A stretch of 24,000 nucleotides of DNA. Source: an uncultured Halobacteriales archaeon (GTDB lineage: Archaea > Halobacteriota > Halobacteria > Halobacteriales > SW-7-71-33). Position 1 is the stretch's first letter. The number at the start of each line of letters is the position of its first letter. Below, in pieces: positions 13,951 to 21,174 of the stretch. The notes under the pieces are model-generated. The model made no database searches, was not told where the DNA came from, and saw only the letters and a list, made by a program, of their open reading frames with translations. The translations under genes and the position numbers were made by a program. The stretch is from assembly GCA_964402765.1 (NCBI GenBank), contig CAYODS010000006.1, forward strand, positions 1-24,000, read 5' to 3'.

Positions 13951-16131
13951 TCAGTCCTCGAACTCCACCACGTCGACCGTCAGGTCGATCGTGGCGGTGG
14001 CGCTGGTCGAGTGTGGCGCCCCGACACGGTACAGCAGGACCGCGTTGTTCGTCTCCCCGGCACCGTCGCCGTCGTCGTCGTAGGAGAACGCCACGATCAC
14101 CTGGTTGCTGTCGAGGGCGAACTCCTCGGCGCCGTCGCCGTCGATGTCGGCGGCGTGGGGGGCGACCATCTCCCTGAACTCCGTCTGCCACTCGGCGGGC
14201 TGGTCGCCGACGGCGGCGTTGACCGGATCGCCGCGGACGTACCCGTCGGCGTCGGCTGGCGGACTGTACGTCGTCGTCACCTCGCACTCGTAGTGGTCGT
14301 AGTACGCGGGGTCGGTCTCGTAGGCCGGCTTCAGGTCGAAGTCGTCGTCGAAGGCGTCCGAAGGGAGCGGGACCCGGGTCCGGAAGGGGGTGTCCGCCTG
14401 GTCGTCGTGGTCGGGACACCCGTAGAAACTGGCGGTCGTGCTCAGGGGCTCGCCGTCCGCGAGTGTCGGCGGCGTCACGACGTACTCCTCGTAGTTGACC
14501 GCCCGGTAGACGGGGCTGGCCCCGCCGACCATCGACTCCCAGGTGCCGCCGCCGAGGCGGTACCGGAGAACGACGGGCTCGTGGACGATCCGCATCGTGC
14601 TGACGTTCGCCTCGACGGCCTTCAGGGTGAGATTCGGGAGCCCGTCGTACAGGTGCATGTAGAACCCGCGGCCGCCACGGTTCTGGATCCGGATCTTGTT
14701 CGACTCCGGGGTGAACAGGAACGTCCGGTCGGCGTCGTCACCGAGCGCGTCGGTGTGGTTGTAGAGTGTCGTCCAAGAGCCGCCGTCTTTCTCCTGGATC
14801 TCGAACCTGGCGTCGTCGAGCAGCTCCCTGTCCGTCGCGGCGGCCAGGACGACCGGCTCACCCGGGTCGACGGTGTACTCCTTCCAGGTGCCGCAGTTGT
14901 TGTACACCACCCACGCCGCCGCCCCCGGCCCCGTGGTCGGCCTGTCGACGCCGCTGGCGCTCGTACAGGTCGACCCCTTCGCGTCGGTCTTCACCGGGTA
15001 ACTCTCCTCAAGCAGGGAGGCGGGCACGCCCGCGATGACGGCACCCGACCCGACGTAGTCGGTGACGTCGACGTCGGCCCTGCCGACGACCCGACCCGAC
15101 CCGTCGACGGTGACGAGTTGCAGCTTCTCGCTGCGGTTGGCCGCCCGACGGAGCAGGGAGCCGTCGATCTCCTTCACCGTCGTGTTCACCGTGAGGTGCT
15201 GCTGACCCGTCTGCGCCCCCAGGAACTCGGTGGAGACGTCGTAGGCGTTCGAGTCGTCGGGCTTGTCCACCTCGATCTCGACCGCCCGGGAGTGTTCGCT
15301 GACCGTTCCGGGGAGCGTGCTGGTGTTGAAGCCGACGACCTGGTTGCGGTCGTCGTCCGCGCGCTCGACGAGCGTGCCACCGCCCAGTTCGACCGTGACC
15401 TCGTCGGGCGTCGAGACGACCGTCGCCGAGTCCGGGGTCTCCTCACGGAGGTGTTCGCTCCAGGCGGCCGTGTGGTCGGTCTCGACGACGAGTTTCACGC
15501 CGTCCGGCCGCCGACAGCCCTCGCCGTCGAACAGGTCCCGGCGCACCTGGTCGGTGGTCCGGCTGGACGCCGTCACGTTCCGGGTCACCTCGAGCCTGCC
15601 GCTGCCGGCGTCGTCCGGCAGCGCCACCGTCCACACGTTCAGGGTGCCGTCGCTGAACCCCACGTCCGGGGCGGTGACGAACTCCGTCGACCCGTCCTCC
15701 TGGCGGAGCACCCCGCCACCCTGGTACACCATCGACGTCTCGTCGGTGACGCGGTAGCGCACCTCGTCGAGGGGCACCGTCACCTGGCACTCCGGCACGT
15801 ACCCGGCGTCGGTGCGCACCCACAGCCGCAACTGGTCGTCTCGCTGGACCGTGACTCGCTCGCCCTCACCGTCCAGCTCCGCCAGGTCGAGCGTATCACT
15901 CCTCGCCTCTCCCTGTGTCGCCACGTCGGTGAGCCGACTGTCGAACTCCTCCATCGTCACCTCGGCGGACTCCACCCGTATCTCTGTCTCCACCCCCGAC
16001 CCGGCCTCCGACCACGCGACCGCGAGGATCGCCGCCGCGGAGACGACCAGCCCGAAGAGGATGACCAGACTCATCAACTCCGAGACGCCCCGGCGTCCGT
16101 CCCCCCGGCTCGTGGCCGGCCTCCCCCTCAT
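13951..16131 (-). CDS. P4: pilin-signal family paralogue lacking the vWA domain (the middle domain is replaced)
   Basis: The ORF track gives 13951-16281, but its first 50 codons run through the AT-rich promoter region. ATG 16131 gives MRGRPATSRGDGRRGVSELMSLVILFGLVVSAAAILAV (726 aa), collinear with P1-P3. The N-domain (C115, C206, YQGGGV, DDDRNQVVGF, VDKPDD) and C-domain (C572, C616, LDSNQVIVAF, VLLYRVG, IDLTVDVVEFED) are conserved. No DxSxS/MIDAS is present in aa 320-512 (nt 14596-15174). Confidence 0.85.
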   Translation of the reverse strand: MRGRPATSRGDGRRGVSELMSLVILFGLVVSAAAILAVAWSEAGSGVETEIRVESAEVTMEEFDSRLTDVATQGEARSDTLDLAELDGEGERVTVQRDDQLRLWVRTDAGYVPECQVTVPLDEVRYRVTDETSMVYQGGGVLRQEDGSTEFVTAPDVGFSDGTLNVWTVALPDDAGSGRLEVTRNVTASSRTTDQVRRDLFDGEGCRRPDGVKLVVETDHTAAWSEHLREETPDSATVVSTPDEVTVELGGGTLVERADDDRNQVVGFNTSTLPGTVSEHSRAVEIEVDKPDDSNAYDVSTEFLGAQTGQQHLTVNTTVKEIDGSLLRRAANRSEKLQLVTVDGSGRVVGRADVDVTDYVGSGAVIAGVPASLLEESYPVKTDAKGSTCTSASGVDRPTTGPGAAAWVVYNNCGTWKEYTVDPGEPVVLAAATDRELLDDARFEIQEKDGGSWTTLYNHTDALGDDADRTFLFTPESNKIRIQNRGGRGFYMHLYDGLPNLTLKAVEANVSTMRIVHEPVVLRYRLGGGTWESMVGGASPVYRAVNYEEYVVTPPTLADGEPLSTTASFYGCPDHDDQADTPFRTRVPLPSDAFDDDFDLKPAYETDPAYYDHYECEVTTTYSPPADADGYVRGDPVNAAVGDQPAEWQTEFREMVAPHAADIDGDGAEEFALDSNQVIVAFSYDDDGDGAGETNNAVLLYRVGAPHSTSATATIDLTVDVVEFED

Positions 16132-16154
16132 TACCGTCAACGTCTGTCGCTGTC

Positions 16155-16170
16155 GGACAAAAAATTTCTG
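16155..16170 (-). promoter_or_regulatory. TATA-like A/T run for P4
   Basis: The minus strand reads CAGAAATTTTTTGTCC, centred about 30 nt upstream of ATG 16131. Confidence 0.4.
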
Positions 16171-16350
16171 CCTATCTCGCTCTCGGTTAAATTTTCGTCG
16201 TGTGCGAGGGCTCAAACCCCGGAGACCGAACGTCACCACCGAGCGGTCGGTCCCAACCTGACGCCCGGGGCGCCCTCCCACCGGGCCGGGAGCGGGCGGT
16301 GCCTGCTTCGCGGTGGGCGAGGACGACGGCGGGGTCGGGGTGCCGCGGCG

Positions 16351-16358
16351 GGTTTAAG
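16351..16358 (+). promoter_or_regulatory. TATA-like box (GGTTTAAG) for the CitG-like gene
   Basis: Centred 27 nt upstream of ATG 16382. The same GGTTTA core sits at -27 of asd and of the MFS gene. Confidence 0.45.
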
Positions 16359-16381
16359 TGTCGGCCCGCGAACCGGGAGGT

Positions 16382-17224
16382 ATGCGAACGGCAGGGCACG
16401 CACAGCTCGCGCTCCTGCTGGAGGTGGCGAGCACGCCGAAGCCGGGAAACGTCGACCGCGACCGGGACCACGACGACCTGCGGTTCGATCACTTCCTCGC
16501 GGGCGCGGTCGGTGCCCGGGACGGCGTCGCGGCGATGGCCGACCCCGCGGTCGGCGTGGGCGAGGCGTTCGAGCGGGCCGTCGCCGGGATGAGCGAGCAG
16601 GAGGGCGGCAACACGCAGTTCGGCGCCCTGTTGAACCTCGCGCCGCTGGCGCGGGCCGGGGCCGACCCGGACCGGTCGCTCGACCCCGACGGCGTGCGGG
16701 GCGTCGTCGAGGCGACGGACGTGGACGACGCTGCCGCATTCTACCGGGCCTTCGAGCACGTCGCCGTCGCGGTGCGAGACCCGCCGGAGGGCCTGGAGCC
16801 ACTGGACGTGCGCCGGGGGGCCGACGCCGTCGAGACGGTCCGGGAGCGCGAGCTGACCCTCGGCGATGTGATGGACCTCTCCGCCGGCCGCGACGGGGTC
16901 GCCCGCGAGTGGGTCGAGGGCCACGAGCGCACCTTTCGTGCTGCCGACGGCATCGTGGAGGGCGAGGGCCCGATCACCGACCGCGGCGCCGAGGTGTACC
17001 TCCAGTTGCTCTCGCGGGAACCGGACACGTTCGTGGTCGACACTCACGGCCGCGAGACTGCCCGGAGCGTGATGGTCCGCGCACAGGAGGCCCGCGAGGG
17101 TGGGCCCGAACTCGTCCGGGCGTTCGCCGAGTCACTCGTCGCGGAGGGCATAAACCCCGGCACGACGGCGGACATCGTGGCCGGCGCGCTGTTCGTCGCG
17201 CTGGAACGCGGAGTCGAGGTGTAA
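16382..17224 (+). CDS. Triphosphoribosyl-dephospho-CoA synthase family protein (CitG/MdcB-like, COG1767)
   Basis: The N-terminus MRTAGHAQLALLLEVASTPKPGNVDRDRDHDDLRFDHFLAGAV matches the CitG-family pattern (..E....PKPGlVdr...G.H.Dm....f..Sa). GINPGTTADIVAGALFVAL lies near the C-terminus. The ORF track starts at 16358; ATG 16382 is preferred because of the TATA spacing. Confidence 0.65.
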   Translation: MRTAGHAQLALLLEVASTPKPGNVDRDRDHDDLRFDHFLAGAVGARDGVAAMADPAVGVGEAFERAVAGMSEQEGGNTQFGALLNLAPLARAGADPDRSLDPDGVRGVVEATDVDDAAAFYRAFEHVAVAVRDPPEGLEPLDVRRGADAVETVRERELTLGDVMDLSAGRDGVAREWVEGHERTFRAADGIVEGEGPITDRGAEVYLQLLSREPDTFVVDTHGRETARSVMVRAQEAREGGPELVRAFAESLVAEGINPGTTADIVAGALFVALERGVEV

Positions 17225-17227
17225 GAG

Positions 17228-17890
17228 ATGGACGCCCCGGACGACCCGCCCACCGGCGAGTGGCCCGACGCCGTCCCCGCCGACGGCGTCACCGAGTCCC
17301 TCGTCGCCACGCTCGGCCCGAACGACCGCTGGAACTTCGCCGCGCTGGGCCTGCAGACCGGCGCGGCGGCCGCGGCCGTGGACCGCGACGGCGTGGTGGA
17401 CCCGCCCGAGGGGACCGTCGGCCCGGTGACCGCCCGCACCTGGGGCCGGACCCGGACCCGCGGCAACTTCGAGCGCCAGGACGGCGGCGTGGTCCAGTTC
17501 GTGGACGACCCGCTTGCGTTCGTGGCGGCGGCCCTGGGGATCGTCGAGCGCGACGACCCCGTCCACCCCGCGGCGGCCGCCCACGTCCGCGTCGACGCAC
17601 AGCGCCTGGCCGTGGGCGAGGCCGGCGACACGGAGTGGGCCGACTGGCACCTGCGACCCCGCGAGACGGTCGTCCGGCGGCGCTCGGTGCCGACGATCCG
17701 GCGGGGGTTCGCCGCGACGGTCGAGGCGACGGTCCACGCCTCCCGCCTGGACGTGCCCGCATACGACGACGGCGAGTTGCTCGACCGCCTCGAGTTCCTC
17801 GCCGAGGTGGTCGACTCGGCGGGCGGTGAGCGCGAGCGCCGTGCCTTCGAGCGGATCGACGACCTCACCGACTGGCGCGGGCGGCGCTGA
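17228..17890 (+). CDS. DUF447-like (FMN-binding split-barrel-like) protein, coupled to the CitG-like gene
   Basis: 220 aa. The ATG lies 3 nt after the upstream stop codon. GVTESLVATLGPNDRWNFAALGLQ resembles the DUF447 N-terminal pattern (e.ivtT......N.aPmG.). Pairing of CitG-like and DUF447 genes is a recurrent archaeal arrangement as far as I recall. The family call is not verified. Confidence 0.5.
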   Translation: MDAPDDPPTGEWPDAVPADGVTESLVATLGPNDRWNFAALGLQTGAAAAAVDRDGVVDPPEGTVGPVTARTWGRTRTRGNFERQDGGVVQFVDDPLAFVAAALGIVERDDPVHPAAAAHVRVDAQRLAVGEAGDTEWADWHLRPRETVVRRRSVPTIRRGFAATVEATVHASRLDVPAYDDGELLDRLEFLAEVVDSAGGERERRAFERIDDLTDWRGRR

Positions 17891-17926
17891 CCGCGCCTCG
17901 GGGGACACCTGGGCTACGACCCGAAC

Positions 17927-17934
17927 GGTTTAGG
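17927..17934 (+). promoter_or_regulatory. TATA-like box (GGTTTAGG) for asd
   Basis: Centred 27 nt upstream of ATG 17958. Confidence 0.45.
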
Positions 17935-17957
17935 AGGGCCACGCCCGCCGGTGGGGT

Positions 17958-19040
17958 ATGCAACCGAAGCGCGTGGGTGTCCTCGGCGCGACCGGCGCCG
18001 TGGGACAGCGACTGGTCGCGCTCCTCGCCGACCACCCGCGATTCGAGATCGTATCGCTCGCCGCGAGTGCCGACTCCGCCGGGAGACCGTACCGCGAGGC
18101 GGTCCCCTGGGGACTGGAGACGCCCGTGCCCGCCGGCGTCGCAGACACGACCGTCGTCGAGGGTCATCCCGACAACGTGCCCGACCTCGATCTCCTCTTC
18201 TCCTCGATGCCCTCGGACGTCGCCGAACGTGTCGAACCCGCCTTCCTGGAGGCCGGCTACGTTGTCTCATCGAACTCCTCGAACGCCCGGATGGACCCCG
18301 ACGTGCCGCTCGTGATACCGGAGGTGAACGCCGACCACCTCGCGCTGCTGGAGCACCAGGCCGACCGCGGCTGGGAGGGCCGTCTCGTGAAGAACCCCAA
18401 CTGCTCGACGATCGCGATGGTGCCGCCACTGGCGGCGCTCGCCGCGGCGGGCCACGACCCCGAGCGGGTGCGGGTCGCGACGATGCAGGCGATAAGCGGC
18501 GCGGGCTACGATGGCGTCTCGGCGTACGAGATCGTGGACAACGTCCTCCCGCACATCGGCGGCGAGGAGGCGAAGATGGAGCGCGAGACGCGCAAACTGC
18601 TCGGGTCGGTGGACGACGGGGTCGCGCTGCACGACGTTGACGTGGCCGCCTCCTGTAACCGTGTCCCCACGCTCGACGGCCACCTGGAGTCCGTGTGGGT
18701 CGACTTCGAGGGCGCGGACGCGGCGGTCGGCCCGGGCGAGGTGGCCGTGGACGCGGGGGTGGGCCCGTCCGTCGAGAGCGCCGAGGCGGCGCTGCGCTCG
18801 GCGCCGACGGTCGACCTGCCCAGCGCCCCCGACCGGTCGGTCCGGGTCCACGACGCGCCCGACCGCCCGCAACCGCGGCTGGACCGCTCGACCGACCGCG
18901 GCATGAGCGTCGCCGTCGGTCCGCTGCAGTCGACGGCGACCGGCCTGCAGTTCGACTGTCTCGTCCACAACACGCTGCGCGGGGCGGCGGGGGCGAGTCT
19001 GCTCAACGGCGAACTGCTCGTCGAGCGCGGCTACGTCTGA
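17958..19040 (+). CDS. asd: Aspartate-semialdehyde dehydrogenase (archaeal type)
   Basis: 360 aa. NAD(P)-binding N-terminus: MQPKRVGVLGATGAVGQRLVALLADHP. Active-site Cys context: VKNPNCSTIAMVPPLAAL. Other matches: QAISGAGY and NRVPTLDGHLESVWV (catalytic His region). Confidence 0.9.
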   Translation: MQPKRVGVLGATGAVGQRLVALLADHPRFEIVSLAASADSAGRPYREAVPWGLETPVPAGVADTTVVEGHPDNVPDLDLLFSSMPSDVAERVEPAFLEAGYVVSSNSSNARMDPDVPLVIPEVNADHLALLEHQADRGWEGRLVKNPNCSTIAMVPPLAALAAAGHDPERVRVATMQAISGAGYDGVSAYEIVDNVLPHIGGEEAKMERETRKLLGSVDDGVALHDVDVAASCNRVPTLDGHLESVWVDFEGADAAVGPGEVAVDAGVGPSVESAEAALRSAPTVDLPSAPDRSVRVHDAPDRPQPRLDRSTDRGMSVAVGPLQSTATGLQFDCLVHNTLRGAAGASLLNGELLVERGYV

Positions 19041-19049
19041 GCCGGCGGG

Positions 19050-20042
19050 CTACCGCAGTCTGTTCCGCAGGTCCGCGTCGTCCGGGTCGGCGTCCCGGAG
19101 GTCCTCGCCGGTCGCCGCCAGTCGACCGACGTTGTCGGCGACGATGTCGGCCATCCGCTCGAAGTACTTCGGCGTGTGCCCGGCGTTGTGTGGCGTGATC
19201 AGGACGTTCTCGAAGTCCCACAGCGGGTGGTCCGGGGGCAGCGGTTCGGGGTCGGTCACGTCGAGGTGCGCGCCGGCGACGGAGCCGTCGCGCACGGCGC
19301 CGACGAGGGCGTCGGTATCGACGACGGGCCCGCGGGCGACGTTGACGACGACGCCGTGTGGCGGCAGCGCCCGCAGCGCCGCTCCGTCCACGAGTCCGCG
19401 GGTGAGGTCGGTCAGCGGGCAGGCCAGCAGGACGTGGTCGGCGGCGCCGAACGCGGTGTCGGCGTCGTCGTACCCCAGGACGCGGTCGGCGGGCCCGCCC
19501 TTCGAGGGGGTGTGTCGCACGCCGATCACCTCGACGTCGAAGGCGGCCAGGCGCTGACAGATCGCCGTGCCGATCGACCCCATCCCGACGACGGCGACCG
19601 TCGACCCGGCGAGTTCGCCGGTCGGGTAGGTGCGCCACTCGCGGTTGTCGGCCCGCCGCCGGGCCACGTCGAACCCGCGCACGAGCGACAGCAGGCCGCC
19701 GATCGCGTGCTCGGCGGCGTTCGGTGCCTGCACCCCCGAGGCGTTCGTGACCGCCGCGCCCCGCTCGGCCATCCGGTCGACCGGCAGGTGGTCCACGCCG
19801 GCGAACACGCAGGCGAACAGTCGCAGCGTCTCGGCCGTCTCGACGAGCTCGTCGTCGACGTGCAGGCCGGTGATCACCGGTGCCTCGGCCGCCAGCGACA
19901 GCAGGCGCTCGCGGTCCCGGGCGACCGCGACGCGGCGCTCCGGCAGTCGCTCGCGCAGCGCCGCGGCGTAGTCGGCAGCGTCGATGCCGTGCACGTCGTC
20001 CGGCAACACGAGCACGTCGACGCGCTCGGGGTCCTGGCTCAT
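19050..20042 (-). CDS. D-isomer-specific 2-hydroxyacid dehydrogenase family, NAD-binding
   Basis: Rossmann motif: GSTVAVVGMGSIGTAICQRL. Catalytic-region motifs: NVARGPVVD, HLDVTDPEPLP, ITPHNAGHT. ATG 20042 (MSQDPERVDVLVLPDD) is preferred over the ORF-track GTG 20120, whose 26-aa extension is Arg-rich and atypical. Confidence 0.8.
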   Translation of the reverse strand: MSQDPERVDVLVLPDDVHGIDAADYAAALRERLPERRVAVARDRERLLSLAAEAPVITGLHVDDELVETAETLRLFACVFAGVDHLPVDRMAERGAAVTNASGVQAPNAAEHAIGGLLSLVRGFDVARRRADNREWRTYPTGELAGSTVAVVGMGSIGTAICQRLAAFDVEVIGVRHTPSKGGPADRVLGYDDADTAFGAADHVLLACPLTDLTRGLVDGAALRALPPHGVVVNVARGPVVDTDALVGAVRDGSVAGAHLDVTDPEPLPPDHPLWDFENVLITPHNAGHTPKYFERMADIVADNVGRLAATGEDLRDADPDDADLRNRLR

Positions 20043-20169
20043 GCGTACCCCCGCGCCCCGGGCGGTCTTCAGTCGTCCGGTCTTCCGCACCCGACGGTGG
20101 TCCTGTCGCCACGAGTACACAACCGCAGTTCAGAAAACGGCTATGTGGACCCCGCCGCTCGCCGGGGCC

Positions 20170-21174
20170 ATGAGCCAGTACAGACGGCTCGGCGCGACCG
20201 GACTGCAGGTGTTCCCGATCTGCTGTGGCTGTGGACGGTTCGGCCAGCGGACCGGCGGCGTCCTGGAGGTGGACCGCGACCGTGCCCACGCGATCCTGGA
20301 CGCCTACGACGAGGCGGGCGGCAACTTCCTCGACACCGCGAACATGTACGGCCAGCCCGGCGGCGGGCCCCGGACCGGCACCTCCGAGGAGTACATCGGC
20401 GAGTGGATGGCGACCCGCGACCGCGACCGGTACGTCCTCGCCTCGAAGGTGTCCATGCGGGTCGGCGACGGCCCGAACGAGGCGGGACTGTCCCGCAAGC
20501 ACGTCCGCGAGGAGATCGAGGGGACGCTCGACCGCCTGGGCACCGACCACCTCGACGTCTACTACCTGCACCGCTGGGACGAGACGACGCCGGTCGAGGA
20601 GACGCTGTCGACGCTTTCCTGGCTGGTCGAGAGCGGTCGCGTCCACCACGTCGGCGCCTCCTCGATGGCCGCCTGGCGGCTGGCGAAGGCGCTGTGGACC
20701 GCCGACCGCGAGGGGTTCGAGCCCGTGACCGTCACGCAACCACTCCTCAACGCCGCCAGCGAGGAGTCGGCGGAGTACCTCGCCCTCTGTGCGGGCCAGG
20801 ACCTCGCCGTCGTCCCGCACTCCCCGCTCGCGGGGGGCTTTCTCACCGGCAAGTACGAGCGCGGCCCCGACGGCGGCGTGATCGGGCCGGACGGCGCCCG
20901 TGCAGACCTGCTCGACGCCTTCGAACGGCGGTACGTGACCGAGCGTGGCTGGCGAACGCTGGACGCCGTGCGGGCGGTCGCCGACGAGGTCGACGCCACG
21001 CCGGCACAGGTTGCGCTGCGGTGGCTCGTGGACCACCCGCTCGACCCGGTCCCGGTGGTCGGCGCCCGCGACCCGGAGCAGATGCGGGAGAACCTCGCCG
21101 CCCTCGACCGCTCGCTCACCGACGACCAGCGCGAGCGCATCACCGCCGCTCGCGACGGGGAGGTGAGCGCCTGA
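20170..21174 (+). CDS. Aldo/keto reductase (long, Tas/YajO-like type)
   Basis: N-terminus: [25 protein letters not shown]. Other matches: [65 protein letters not shown]. The start is ambiguous: ATG 20143 is also in frame. The ORF-track start at 19984 overlaps the divergent gene and is rejected. Confidence 0.8.
   Translation: MSQYRRLGATGLQVFPICCGCGRFGQRTGGVLEVDRDRAHAILDAYDEAGGNFLDTANMYGQPGGGPRTGTSEEYIGEWMATRDRDRYVLASKVSMRVGDGPNEAGLSRKHVREEIEGTLDRLGTDHLDVYYLHRWDETTPVEETLSTLSWLVESGRVHHVGASSMAAWRLAKALWTADREGFEPVTVTQPLLNAASEESAEYLALCAGQDLAVVPHSPLAGGFLTGKYERGPDGGVIGPDGARADLLDAFERRYVTERGWRTLDAVRAVADEVDATPAQVALRWLVDHPLDPVPVVGARDPEQMRENLAALDRSLTDDQRERITAARDGEVSA

Noticed and set aside
16205-16225. 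A tRNA T-arm-like sequence, GAGGGCTCAAACCCCGG. This raised the possibility of a tRNA fragment or att-site remnant next to P4.
   Set aside because: The loop is CTCAAAC rather than the canonical TTCRAAT. The stem is only 3-4 bp, and no acceptor, D or anticodon arms can be built from the flanking sequence.
16132-16281. The 50-codon N-terminal extension of P4 in the ORF track (MGGRPGRQVGTDRSVV...QRQTLTV).
   Set aside because: It runs through the AT-rich promoter island, it is basic, and it has no counterpart in P1-P3. ATG 16131 restores the family-typical distance to the RG motif.
14011-17829. 1272-aa plus-strand ORF, the longest in the window. It spans P4 (antisense), the intergenic region and the CitG-like and DUF447 genes out of frame.
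   Set aside because: It crosses an AT-rich promoter region and three independently supported genes. Its sequence is dominated by R/G/P repeats (RRRGRGAAAG.., GRRGRG..). It is a GC artefact.
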